A stretch of 64,000 nucleotides of DNA from the NCBI GenBank assembly GCA_965112735.1, contig OZ218964.1, positions 1,798,001-1,862,000 on the forward strand, read 5' to 3'. The position numbers and the translations under genes were made by a program. How positions within the stretch are numbered: position 1 is the stretch's first letter; each line of letters starts with the position of its first letter. This DNA comes from Phaeosaccion multiseriatum (taxonomy: Eukaryota; Protista; Ochrophyta, other classes). Shown one piece after another: positions 45,413-59,057 of this stretch. Under the pieces are notes generated by a model. It had not been told where the DNA came from and ran no database searches. It saw only the letters and a program-made list of their open reading frames with translations.

Positions 45413-48400
45413 ATGGAAGAGAGCAAGGCCGATGTGGTGAGGAACAGACAGGACATTCCTCCACGTGTTGCTGTTGCTTGCAGAACCTTTGAACGCCCCT
45501 CCCGTATCCTCTCTTTGGTGTATCATTCCTGGGACTCGTGTGCATCGTGCTCTCAGGACGAGAGTCTCTACAGCCGACAGCTCTATGTCATGGGACACGA
45601 AGCCCAGGTGAGGAGCGATCCTTGGCGGGGGGGGGAGTGACCCGCAGCTGCTGCACCTTGTGTGATGACCAAGAACGATGGCTGGACGGGAAAAGAATAG
45701 AGAGTCGACTCACACAAAAGCCTTGTTTATCTGCGCCCCCTGCCCCCTCTCCTTTGTTTGCAGCGCAAAATGGCTTGCTCCAACGTGCTCGTGGTCGGAA
45801 TGAACGGCCTCGGCGTGGAGGTGGCAAAGAACGTCATATTGGCGGGGATCAAGAGCCTCACTGTGGTGGACGCCACCCCCACGTCCTGGGCAGATTTGGC
45901 GTCGCAGGTAGGCGCGTGCTTGGCTGAGGAGACAGAGCGGTGTGGTGCCCAAGGATCTTCCCCCCTCTCAACCCCTTACCCCCCCCCTTTCCCTCCTCCT
46001 ATTGCTGCGGGATACCGGGTTTTACTTTACACGGCACTGCATGGTCCGTGCCGCACGATAGTTCTACCTCACGGAGGCTGACATTGGCAAGCCTCGAGCG
46101 AGCGCCTGTGTTACCAAGCTTGCCGAGCTCAACCCTTACGTGAGAGTGGTGGAGCGCAACGACCAACACGAGTTGGACGAGGCCTTCCTGCGCGGCTTCA
46201 GCTGCGTCGTGCTGGTGGACTCTCCGCTGGACGTGCAGGTGACAGCGGGAGGAAAAGGGGGAGGAGGAGGAGGAGGAGGAGGAGGAAGAGGAGGAGGAGG
46301 AGGAGGAGGAGCAGGAGGAGGAGGAGGGAGGAAGGAGAGAGGGGGGTGAGAAAGGCATAGATACAGGATGTGCGTAGCTAAGGGTACGGTCCAGAGATCG
46401 GGAGAATGCCACAGCTACTTAGGAGAGGCCCGTGCGGGATGTGTGCGAAGTGGCGGTGGAGACTTGAAGATGTGCTGCTCAGCTGCTCAGCCGGTTGGTC
46501 CCCAACGACCCCCTCAACCTGTTGGGTCCTCTCCCATCCCCCCAACCACCCCATACCCGCAGCTCCGAGTGAATGCCTTCTGCCATATCAACGACATTGC
46601 CTTCGTGGCCGGAGACGTTCGGGGCGTGTTCGCTTCCGTGTTCTGCGACTTTGGCCCGAGCTTTGTGGTGAGCGACAAGGACGGGGAGCAGGCCTCCTCT
46701 TGCCTCATCTCCTCCATCACCTTGGACCAGTCGCCCCTTGTTACGGTCAACGACGATCAGAGGCACAATCTCGTGACGGGGGATGTGGTCGTCTTCAGCT
46801 CCATGGACGGCATGGGCGAGGTGAGAGCAGCTCCTCGGTTTGTCCTTCTCCCCTTCCATCTCTCTCTCTTCCTCTCCCTCCCCTGCTCTGTCTCCCTCTC
46901 TCTCTCTTTCCCTCTCTCTCCCTGTCTCTCTTTCTCCCCCCCTCTCTCTCAGTCTCTCCTCTCCCTTCGCTCCTCCCTCTCTCGCCCCCTTGCACCTCGG
47001 GTGTGCATGCGCCTTCACTCAATTTACTCTCAACGCGGCGCACCTGCTGTACCCTTCGTGTGACCCCAAATGAAATCAGCTGGAGGGGAAAGAATTCGCA
47101 ATCAAGGAGGCTTCGCCCTTCGCCTTTCATATCGACTGCGACACATCCAGCTTCTCAACTTTCAACAGCGGCTATGTGAACCAGGTAAGGACGCTACAAC
47201 CCAGAGACGGGTGGGGAAATGGGGGGAGGGGGGCAAGAGGTGACGACAACAACAAGAGCAAAGCGAAACGGTGCGCTCTCTTCTCCCTCCCCCCCCCAGG
47301 TCAAGCAACCTGTGACACTTGCCTTCAAGCCGCTGGAGGAGGCCTTGACCTCCCCGGGGGCCTTCATTGAGACAGACTTTGCCAAGATCGGGAGGCCGGG
47401 AACGCTTCACCTCGGCTTCAGAGCTCTTCATGCCTACGTGGTACGTTCTCCCGTTCCATCTGCCGTTCCTGTGTAGTGTACAACACAAGAGCTCTGCTGC
47501 TTTCTCAGCACGGATGGCCGGCGAGAGAGAGAGCGCTACCCGCTGTCTGTGTTCGTCGACTCGGGTTTGGCATGGGAGGGCAGGGGAAGAAGGGGCAGCC
47601 TGACTCACTCACTCACCAGCGCACTCACTCACTCACTTACTCACTCCCGGAGCGCAGGCGAAGAAGGGTCAGCTGCCAGAGGCCGGGGACAGCGCTGAAG
47701 CCGACGCGTTGCTGCAAATGGCCAAGGAGATCAACGAGGGGGCGGCGGAAGAATGCAAGGTGTGTGGTGGCTGCAGGCTAGAGCCATGTGGCTGTCGCTG
47801 GATCGGAGGTGTGAGGCTTCCACGCCCAGCAGAGTAGAGCAAAGCAAGGCAAAGCAAAGCTACTTCGCCTTCTTCTCCGTCTCGGGATAGAGACTCTCTC
47901 ACCGATACGAGTGTGTCATGCCCGCCTGCCCTCTCTTGCCCCCCCCCCCCCCTGTCCCCCTCTTCCTGCATGCAGGTAGACCTGAGTGTGGAGTCTGAGA
48001 GCGACGCCATCCACCGCTTGGCTCTCACGGCACGGGGCATCATCAGTCCCATGTGCGCGGCCGTGGGGGGCATCGTGGGACAGGAGGTGAGAATGAGCCC
48101 GTCGCTTTGCCCCATCACTTCACTCCCTCGCCCAATCGGCCTGTCAGCCAATCAGCCCCGCAAGGATGAGGTGGCTTGCCCTCTCTTTGGTCTCCGCTGC
48201 AATAGCAAAGCCTCTGTAACAAGAGAGTGCTCTCCTGCCTGCCTGTCTAAGCTCATCCCTGCCCTACCCCCCCCCCCCACCCCCTTTGCGGCCAATGCTT
48301 CCTTCCCTCCCTCCTTCCCTCCTCCCTCCTTCCCTCCTCCCTCCTTCCCTCCCTCCTCCCTTCCCTCCCTCTCGCAGGTGCTGAAAAGCTGCAGCGGCAA

Positions 48401-51400
48401 ATTCAGCCCCATCAAGCAATTCCTCTACTTCGACGCCGTGGAGGCTCTGCCCAAGGAGCCCTTACCCAAAGAGGAGGTGCAGCCCCTGGGTAACCGATAC
48501 GACGGGCAAGTCATGGTCTTTGGCAAGACAGTTCAAGCCTTGCTGGCCAAGCAGACAATGTTCTTGGTGGGGGCCGGGGCCATTGGCTGTGAGATGCTGA
48601 AGAATTGGGCGTTGATGGGCATCGGTTGCTCGAGCGAGGGGCAGGTGAATGTGACGGACATGGATCGGATCGAGAGGAGCAATCTCAGTAGACAGTTCCT
48701 GTTCCGTCAGAAGGATGTGGGGTCGGCCAAGAGTGCGACCGCCGTCAACGCGGCCAAGCAGGTGAGACGCACACGCTCACACCACACACACACACGCACG
48801 CACACACATGCACACAGACGTACACACGCGCACACCACACACACCACACACACCACACACACACGCACACACACGCACACACAAACTCACACACACGCAC
48901 ACACAAACTCACACACACGCACGCGCACGCACACAATCTCTATCTACACCTGCCCCGAAGTTGGGGGACTGGTATCGTATCGTATTCATGATTCGTTTAG
49001 TCGCCCCCCCCCCTCGCGAAAACTGAAGCTGTGAACTGTGCTCTCCCCCCCCTCCCCATTAGATGAACCCTTCCATGAACACGAAATGCTTCACCGACAA
49101 GTGCGCCCCCGAGACAGAGACGGTACGTGTGGTGTGCGGTATGCGGTATGCGCAGCCTTCTTTTGGCCGTTACGTCCCTCGCTCCCGCCTGCCGACCCCC
49201 CACATTCCCCATCTCCCCATTGCCTGTCGACCCTCCCTCTCCATCTCCCTCCCTGTCTCTGGTCTTTGTGTTGCTTGTTTGCTTGCTTTTTTTTTTCTTG
49301 CTTACGCACTTGCTTGCCCTGCTTGCTTGCTTTCATACTTCCTCAGACCTTCAGCGACGACTTCTACTCAGAGCTCGACGTTGTGTGCACAGCGCTGGAC
49401 AATGTGGAGGCCCGCTTATACATGGACCAAAAGTGCCTATTCTACAGAAAGCCCATGTTGGAGAGCGGCACCTTGGGCACCAAGGGTAACACGCAGGTGG
49501 TGATTCCCTTCGTCACGGAGAATTACGGTGCCTCGAGGGACCCTCCCGAGAAGTCCATTCCCGTTTGCACGCTCAAGAACTTTCCGTACCAGGTGCGTGT
49601 TATTGACGACTTGAAAAGGTGGAGGATGGTACTTGACGGGTGGGTGCGTGTGATTGGTAAGTTGGACACAGCATCCTCCTTCCGACCTTTTCTTTCCTCC
49701 TCCTATCCCCAGCCCTTTCCCGCCCACGTACTCGTGCCCTCGGAGCGACTGACCCTCCCTTCCCTCCCTCCCCTCCCTCCTTCCCTCCCTCCCTCCCTGC
49801 CTCCTTCTCTCCCTCTCTCCCTCTCTCCCTCCCTCTCTCCCTCCTTCCCTCCCTCCCTCCCTCTCTCCCTCTCTCTCTCCCTCCTTCCCTCCCTGCCTCC
49901 CTGCCTCCCTCTCTCCCTCTCTCTCTCCCTCCTTCCCTCCCTCCCTTCACTCCCTCCTTCTCTCCCTCCCTCCCTCTCTCCCTCCCTCCGGTGTCGGTTG
50001 TTGTCCCCCTGCAGATTGAGCACACTCTTCAGTGGGCGCGTGATTGGTTCGAAGGCGCCTTCAAGCAGAATGCCGACGATGTCAATGCGTACCAGTCCAG
50101 GTAAGGAGATCGGGCAGGAAGGCAGTAAGACAGTATGGCAGCAAAGGAGCAACAAAGACACAGATAAAGGAGGAGACTTGAGGCCTGTAATATTCTGTTG
50201 TCGTCCTCTTTCCGGCTTGGGAGAGGCAGCAAGAGATGCGCAGAGATACGGAGCGACGGTTCACTCCTGCTCTAACATGTATCGTCGTCTTGTTGGTCTG
50301 TTGTCGGCTTGCTCCCTCCTCCCACAGCCCCGACTTCTCCGCGGAACTGAACGCCCAGCAGAACACCAAGCTGGAGACTCTGCGGCGGATCAAGGACAGT
50401 CTGGGAGACGAGCGCCCCTCTTCTTTCAAGGACTGCGTGGTGTGGGCGAGGAAGGCCTTTGAGTCCATGTTCCATAACGAGGCCTCGCAGCTGCTGCACA
50501 ACTTCCCCGCGGACAGCATCACGGCAAGGTATGTATATATATATGGCACAGCCACACACACGCACACTCACACACACATAGCCACACATACACATACGGC
50601 CACACTCACGCACACACGCACGGGCACTCACACACTCACACAAACACACTCGGACGATACCATTCCATATTATGTGTGGCATTGCGTCCCGTCGTCCTGC
50701 CTGTCCTACTTACTCCTACCTACCTGCTTCTTACTCTATACCTCCCGTATCTGGCACCCACCCAACCACCCCTCTCCTCTGTGCCTGCAGCGGGGCTATG
50801 TTCTGGTCAGGTTCAAAGCGCGCGCCCGAGCCGCTGGCCTTCGATGTACGCGACGAGACGCACCTCGCCTTCATCAAGGCCGCCGCCAGTCTCAGGGCAG
50901 TCAACTACGGCATCCCCGTCTCAGAGGTACGAGAAGGAGGAGGAGGAGGAGGAGGAGGAGGGAGGAGGAGGAGGAGGAGGAGGAGGAGGAGGAGGAGGAG
51001 AGAGGAGGAGGAGGAGAATGGGAAGAGGAGGAGGACGAGGACGAGGAGGAGAATGGGAGGAGGACGAGGGAGGAGGAGGAGGAGGAGGAGGCAGGGGAAA
51101 GGGGGGGAAGGAAGCTGTGCTGCGTGCGTTCTGTTCGTCTTTGACCTTTGACAAGTGTGGCTCCCCTCCCTCCATGACCAACTGCTTCCCTTTCCAGTCC
51201 GAGCGCGGATCTGTGGCGCAGGTTGTTGCTGCTGTGGAGGTTGCTCCTTGGGCCCCCGTTGAGGGCGTGAAGATCGCCACCACGGAGGCAGAGGCAAAGG
51301 AGCAGTCCGGAGCCCCGGCAGGTATCGTACCCTCCGTCCAGGATGAACACTCCTGCACTGTTTCTCTCTCTCTTCCGTCTCTCTCTCTCTCCCTCTCTCT

Positions 51401-53097
51401 CTCTCTCGCCCTCTCTCTCTCTCTCTCTTCCGTCTCTCTCGTTGTCTCTTTGTCTCTCTGTCTCTCTCTCTGTTTGACGCGACTACCGCACCTGATACGG
51501 GAGACTGCTTACTTTCGTATCGTTTTGTGTTGCGTCGCCCCCTCTCCTTCCATGTCATGCCCCTTCTCACGCCAGGCATGATGGATGTTGATCAGCAATG
51601 CGAGACGATGCTCGCCAGCCTGCCCTCCAAGGAAGCGCTGGGGGGTTTGCAGATGAGTGGAGTCGAATTCGACAAGGATGTCGACGCCCACATGGAGGTA
51701 AGGCAGTGACCCTCTGCTGCTATTGCTCCTGCTACAGCTGCTGCTGGCCTCTCTCTTAGCCCGAGCCGCCCACACACCTCTTGCATATCTTTGCCCCTGT
51801 GTGCGTGCCCTTGTCAGGTCATCACGTCGGCCAGCAACCTCCGTGCGCGCTGCTACAAGATCCCCGAGGCAGACATGCATAAGAGTAGGATGATCGCAGG
51901 TAAGTAGAGGGGGCGTAAGAGAGATGGTGAGGTGGTGAGGTGGTCGGGTGGTCGCAGGCAAGGAGAGGGAGAGAGGGGAGGGGGTGGTGTGGTCAGAGTA
52001 GGATCCTCGCAGGCAAGAAAGGGGGTGTGGCGAGGGAGGGAGGGAGGGAGGGAGGGTGGTCCAGCACCGCCTGTGGTATTGCAAGTGCTTCTCTGTGCCT
52101 GTCGTTGTTGACATACTCCGCTCTCGCGCTCGTTCTTTCTGTCTTGCTGCTCGCTGATCTACAGGCAAAATTATCCCCGCCATCGCCACCACTACTGCGC
52201 TGGTGACGGGCCTTGTGTGCATGGAGATGTACAAGGTCATCCAAAGCCCCCGGCCCGAGATCGAGGCCTACAAGAGCTGGTTCCTCAACCTCGCCCTGCC
52301 ACACTTTGCGTGCTCTGAGCCGCTGCCCCCTGCTAAGACCAAGGTGCAAGTGAAGGGCAAGGAGTGGGCGTGGAGCGCGTGGGACTCTCTGGACATTGAC
52401 AAGGGGGACATGACGCTGAAGGTACGTACGTACGTACGGATGTATAAGATACGTTCACCTCTTCAACCTCATTCTTGGAATATGATGAGGAGGACCCGCG
52501 CCTCTACTTTTGAGTCAGTCTCGAATCAATCTTCTGCTGCTATCTGGCATCCATCCGTCCTTTCTCTCACGTGTTGGCTGTGGTGTCGCATGCCCAACGC
52601 TAACTTGTGTGTGTGTCGTGTGTGTGTGTGCGCGCGTGCGAGCACAGGAGCTGTTCCAGATCTTGGAGGAGGAGTACGGGGTGGAGGTGACGATGCTGAG
52701 CTACGGAGTCTCCATGCTCTTCTCCTTCTTCGCCAACCCCCAGAAAGTCAAGGTCAGTCAGTCAGTCATTGAGGCGGGCAGTCGATCAGCCAGTCAGTCG
52801 GTCAGTCAGTCAGTCAGTCAGTACTTGCATGCATACAGATACGAGGAGGAGCGAGCAGCAGAGGACAGAGAAAAAGCCATCTGTGCCTGCTGTAACCTTT
52901 TCTCCTCCTCTCCTCTGCCTCCCTCCCTTGATTGGCGGCAGGAGCGCATGATGATGAAGATGACGGAACTGGTGGAGGCGGTGACCAAGGCGCCAGTGCC
53001 CGACAGTCAGAGGTACCTCATCCTCGAGATCTGCGCCACAGACCTGGAGTCGCAGGAGGATGTCGAGGTGCCATACATCAAGGTCAAGCTGCGGTGA
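45413..53097 (+). CDS. UBA1: Ubiquitin-activating enzyme E1, many exons
   Basis: [78 protein letters not shown], catalytic [24 protein letters not shown] and a C-terminal UFD ending [12 protein letters not shown]. Confidence 0.97.
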
Positions 53098-53563
53098 TGT
53101 GTCCTCTTGCTCTCTCATCGATGCGGAGACAGACAAAGGAAGTTTCGATCCCTGACGTGCTACCGGCCTATTCTACGGTAGCTTGCCACTGCCCCCGCCA
53201 GCGGTAGCAGATGGCTGCTTCAAATCGAGCCTGCTGACACGGGCAATAGGACAGCAGGTCATGCGGGCTGACGCCGGCGGTAGCAGGGAGCAGGTAGCAC
53301 GTCAGGGGTCGATAAGTTCTGGACATGGATGTCGGGCATTTGATGTCGAGATTGTCCTTCCTTGTACAGTAGAAGTGGAGAACCAGCGGGGGAAATCAAA
53401 AAAGAAAAAAAAAGCAGCAACTCGTCCGTCCTGGCGCCGATCGTGTATCGCCAAATCTTAGGGTTGGAGCTGTTGGCAGAACGGCAGAACGCTTTAACGC
53501 TTCTGGGTTGGGTGGGGCTGTGGGGAGAAGGGCTTGGAGCTTCACGAGGTGGCACGAAGCACG

Positions 53564-56500
53564 ATGGAATGGGAACTGGCGATTGACGGCATGACCTGCA
53601 GCCTGTGTGAAGGCTCGGTGAAGGCGTGCCTGTATCCATTGGATGGAGTAGAAGGAGTTGTGGTCCGTCTCGAGGAAGGGCGGGCCCTTGTCCAAACGAA
53701 TGAGAACGACTCCCAAACCAACGCAGAGCTGGGCGTCCTTCTTCCCCGAATGCTCGAAGGGATTGGCTACGAGGCCAAGTGCATCGGACTGAAGGGTCTC
53801 AGCCTTGAGGAGAGCAAGACCCTTTGGAGAGAAGTGACTCTCAGAGTGACGGATATGACTTGTCAGGTGTGCGAAGGAGTGGTGTCTTCAACTCTGGAGG
53901 CCCTGAAGGGAGTCGTTTCCGCCACGGCGGACTTCTCGAGAAAGGTAGCGAGCGCAGTGGTGAGGGATGGTACTCTCGAGTTGGAGGCCTTGGTAGGGGC
54001 CTTGGCTGATTCCTACCCGGCAGAGATTCTGCAGGTCAAGCTTGTGAGGGCAGCAGACGCAGGCGAGGCTCCAAAGTCAAAGGAGGCCGCCCAGCAGGCT
54101 GAGGATAGAAAAGCAGCATCAACAACAAAGGGACTCACAGGACCCGGCGCTGCCGAGAAGCAAGTGGAGGCGACAACAATAGTCTTCCCCATCAGTGGCA
54201 TGACCTGTGCTGCGTGCGTTCACGCAATAGAAAGGGGTCTTGGCAAGGCCCCTGGTGTGAGCAAAGTGTCCGTGGGCCTTGCACTTGAGCAGGCGGAAGT
54301 CACCTTTGATGCTGCGATCCTGGGGAAAGGCGAGGTGCTGGCCCTAGTGTCTAAGCTTGGATACACCCCTGGAGAAGTGAGGGCGGAGCGGGAGGACGGG
54401 GAGGAGGACTGGGAGGAGGACGGGGCTTGTTCTGGTGCCAGCAAGGCAGACAAGGAGCGGGCGCAGATGCTAAGGAGGGTCAAGTGGCGCTTCTTGAAGT
54501 CTCTGGTGTTCACGGCCCCCCTGCTCGTCATCGCCATGGTGTTGATGCACTTGGTTCCCATGCAAAGCCCCGCCGCCCGCTGGCTTCACACCACAGTGGC
54601 GCCCGGCCTAAGCCTCAACACGCTCTTGCAGTGGGTATTGGCGACCCCCGTCCAGTTTGGAAGCGGAGCCATGTTCTACAGAGGGGCGGGGCATGAGATA
54701 ACGAACAGGGCCCTGGGCATGAACTTCCTCGTCGCGGCAGGTTTGTTGGCGGGGGGGGGGGGTTCGGGCGTCGGGAACAAGGGAGGAGCACGCTCCGACA
54801 CCCACACACACCCTCATACCCTTACGCACCCTTACGCACCCACACACACCCTCACACACCCTCACACCCTCACACCCTCACACCCTCACACCCTCACACA
54901 CCCACATACACCCACACACACCCACACACACACCCACACACACCCATAAACACACGCACACACCCTCACCCACACACACACACCCTCACACACCCACACA
55001 CACCCTCACATCTTTACGCACCTTCCCATCCTCACACACCCACACAGGCCCTCACACACCCACACACACCCTCACACACCCTGACATACCCACCCACACC
55101 CACATGCACCCACACACACCCTCACACACCCTCACACACCCTCACACACCCTCACACCCTCCCACCCTCACACGCCCACGCACACCCTCACACACCCTGA
55201 CATGCCCACACACACCCACACACACCCTCACACACCCACACCCACCCACACACACCCACACACACCCTCACACACCCACACACACCCTCACACGCTTACG
55301 CACCCTCACACCCTCTCCTCCTCCCTCCCACCCTCCCACCCTCACTTCTTCACACACCCTCCCTCCTCGTTGTATCGGCGTTTCCTGCCCCTTTCGCTCA
55401 GGCACTAGCGCGGCCTACCTGTATTCCATGATTCAGGCCCTCCTCGGACTGAGTCGGAGAGACTCCAGCGCCGGCGACTCGCTCTTCTTCGAGACATCCG
55501 CAGTGCTCATTAGCTTCGTGCTGCTCGGCAAGTGGCTCGAGGCCAAGGCGAGGGGAAGCGCCTCGAATGCGGTGGCTAAGCTGTTGGCCCTCAAGGCGGA
55601 GGAGGCCATTCTGGTGCCCTTGTGGCCCGAGGATGAGACGGGCGGTGGCGAGGAGGCTGCGGAGCGCGTTGTGGCAAGTGCCTCCCTCCGGCCTGGAGAT
55701 GTTGTACGTGTCGTGAGGGGTTCTAAGGTGGGTGAGGGGAGTAAAGGGAGTGAGGTGGGTTAGGGGAATGAGGGGAGTGGCATATACCTTTGGGGATGGG
55801 TGGGTGCGTGGGTGGGTGGATAGGTGGGTGGGTGTGTATGTGTGGATGTGTGGGTGCGTTGGTTGGTTGACCGTTGCCTGTTGCCCTGTATCGTCCCCGT
55901 GTGAGCAGATACCAGGGGATGGTGTGGTGGTACAAGGTTCCCTCGCGGCAGACGAAAGCATGATCACCGGAGAGAGTATGCCCATCGCCAAAGACGTGGG
56001 CGACGCCGTCATTGGAGCGACGCTGAGCATTGAGGGGCTCGCCTACGTGCGGCTGACAAGGACCGGCAAGAACACCACCCTGCACCAGATTGTGCGCCTC
56101 GTGGAGAGGGCACAGCTCGACAAGGCCCCCATTCAAGAGTTCGGAGACAGAGTGGCGTCCGTCTTTGTACCGGTGGGTGAATAATTGTTATTGCATTTGT
56201 GACTCGAGAAAGCCTTTGCCTTTATCTCCCTCTCTCGCTCTCCCTCTCCCTCTCTCGGTCACTCGCTCTCTCTTTGGCCCCCTCTCTCTCTCTCTCGCTC
56301 TCTCTGTCTAAATATCTCTCGCTCCTACTCTCTCTCCCCCTCGTCTCTCTCCTTACCCCCCCCCCCTCCAGGTGGTCCTCTTCCTTTCCCTAAGCACCTT
56401 CGTAATTTGGATGTCACTGACGTCCATGGGAGTTGTGCCTGCTCATTGGCACGACGACCAATCCTCCTTCCTCTTCAGCTTCCTGTTTGGGCTTGCCGTG

Positions 56501-58138
56501 TTGGTCATCGCCTGCCCCTGCGCGGTAGGGCTGGCTGCTCCCACAGCAATCATGGTGGGGTGTGGAGTGGGCGCTTCACAGGGGCTACTTATCAAGGGGG
56601 GCTCAGCGATCCAATCAGCGGCGAGCATCACCTCTGTTATCTTCGACAAGACAGGCACTCTCACCGAGGGCAAGCCGAGAGTCACAAAGGCATTCATCGT
56701 CCAATCCACCCACCTGCCGAAGGAGCTTGGAGCCGACTCAGGCAGAGCCATCCTTCGACTTGTTGCCTCCGCGGAGAAGGCGAGTGAGCATCCACTAGCA
56801 GCCGCCGTGTGGGAGTACGCAGCTGCCCTGAACATTGGAGGAGGGGAGAAGAATGGGGAGGGACTCCTGCCCATCGCGGATGGAACGTTCCGCGCCACGT
56901 CTGGGAGGGGCTTGGAGGCCACTGTTGCGGGTGTTCGTGTGGTTGTGGGCAGCCCCACCTTCGTCAGCACCTTCCTCCTCGGCAGCCCCAATGCACCTCT
57001 GCCGGTGGCTGTGCAGACCCTTGTGGAAGAGATGGAGGAGGCGGGCCAGACGGTCGTGCTTGCGCTGCTCGACGGCGCGTTGGCTGCCATCTTTGGCTGC
57101 ACGGACAAGCTCCGACCGGAGGCCTCGCGAGTGGTACTCCAGCTGCACCGCCTCGGCGTGGAGGTGTGGATGGTCACCGGAGACAACCGCCGAGCCGCGC
57201 AGGAAGTGGCTGCCAGAGCGGGTATTCGGCCCGACCACGTCCTCGCCCATGTGCTTCCATCGGAGAAGGCAGACGAGGTGGCCAAGCTTCAGCAAGCGGT
57301 GGTCCGGGGACGAAAAGCCGTGGTCGCCATGGTGGGAGACGGTAAGTATTCTTGTGCCTGTACGGCTGCACATGCTTTTCCATATGCCTCTACTTGTCCT
57401 CGAGTATAGGAGTGAGCTTTTGCTGTCTCGATACCCTCCCTCCCTCCCCGTGTTCAAACACCCATACCATGTGGAGGCTCAAATTTGACCCCTCGTTGCT
57501 TTGCTTTCACAGGCATCAACGACGCACCGGCCTTGGTTCAGGCAGACGTGGGCATCTCCGTTGGGAGCGGGACTGCCGTGGCCATTGAGAGCTCTGACGT
57601 GGTGCTCATGCGGGCAAACCTTAAAGACGTTCTGACGGTTCTGCACCTGAGCCGAAGGATCTACAGGAGGATAAAGCTCAACTATCTGTGGGCGCTTGGC
57701 TACAATAGCCTAGGTATCCCGGTCGCGGCAGGAGTGCTTTTCCCAGCCTTCAGATACACCCTTCCCCCCATGCTTGCCGGAGCAGCGATGGCCATCTCGT
57801 CCGTCAGTGTCTGTGTGTCCTCCCTTCTGCTGAAACTCTACAAGCCGCCGCTGTTGGCGAGTGAGCATTGTCACACGGTCGCTCCCTCGGGACCAGCAGC
57901 CGTGGCACCGCTCGAGACTCTGGGCCGGGACTGCTTCTGTGCCCCCTGTCCCACGTTGGAGGGGAAGGGGGGGGACAAAGCACTCGACTCAGACGTGTCA
58001 CAGGAGCCCTTGGAGGTCGTTGGGAGGGACAGGGAGAGTGAGATTGCGGTGCGAAGGAGAGCGGCCCCAAGCTCGACCACCACCCGCTGCTGCTCTTCAT
58101 GTACGTGTCGTGGGCAGTGTCAGTGTCGTCGAACCTGA
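53564..58138 (+). CDS. Copper-transporting P1B-type ATPase (ATP7/RAN1/HMA5-like), 4-5 exons
   Basis: Three HMA motifs (GMTCSLC, DMTCQVC, GMTCAAC); [38 protein letters not shown] and MAISS. Confidence 0.95.
54800..55320. repeat. CA/CCCTCACA-type minisatellite filling an ATPase intron
   Basis: Directly visible. Confidence 0.9.
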
Positions 58139-59057
58139 CTTGTTCGTATCATGTACTACGACGTACAATAATGTATGTGTGTAGATATATTACAATTGAT
58201 CATGCAGTCTCTCTGCTTAGTACACCCTCGCTCCTACTTAGTGGTCCCTTTAAGCTTTAACAGTAGGTCCTTAGCTTAGTCAGGCCCTACGTACTGTGCC
58301 CTTTCATGGATTAATCCGAGAGTGATTTGGAGACAGAAACACATGACCTTGCTGAGACGCGGACAGTAAAGTCTAGGTAGGCCGAGGTTGAGGCCAAGGG
58401 AAACTGTACACCTATCTTACACCGAGTAGTAACTTACACCCGAGAGAGAGAGAGAGAGATAGAGGCGATCTCCCCCCTTCTGTCCAAGACATAAGTCAAT
58501 CTGTGCCTGATCTAGGTACTTGCACTTGAGACTATATCGCCCTCCTTTGCGATGGAGACTGGAGACTACATTCGTATAAAACAAAAGAGTGGAAAGTGTA
58601 TAAGATGGGAAGGAGGGGAAAGGCAATCGAAGCAATGTGTGTATTCATGTGCAAGGAAGGTGGTTCAAAACGGGCATGCTTACATGCCATCGAGGACGGA
58701 AGGGCTGTTGATAGTTCTGCAGTTGTTGAAGCTGTAGAAGCTGTTGATGTTGATGCTTGAGTACGAAATAGTAGAGATACTGGTATTCGATTAGTAGAGT
58801 GATGCCCTCCTCCGCTGTGGTGTGGCCACGGGCCAGAGCGGTAAAAGAACGAAGATGATTGGAGGCTCGACTCGCCCCGAAGGCGAGGAGCTACGCTACT
58901 GGCCCCAGAGGACGAGGAATTAAGGGACTCAAATTGCCCCAAGACCAGGACGAGAGGAGGTTCACTGGCCCCGAGGCAAGGAGAAGAGATGCTCAACGGC
59001 GCCCCGAAGGGACAGGAGAAATATGGAACTCGACAGATGAAGAAGCCGAAGAGGATG

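Noticed and set aside
45655-45720. GTGATGA box C-like motif in a UBA1 intron
   Set aside because: No box D; it sits within a simple hairpin TTGTGTGA/TCACACAA.
2719-53097. Apparent ubiquitin-proteasome gene cluster (AN1, PSMB1, Ubl, OTU, UBA1)
   Set aside because: Interspersed with unrelated genes, and this functional class is large enough to co-occur by chance; no synteny evidence is available here.
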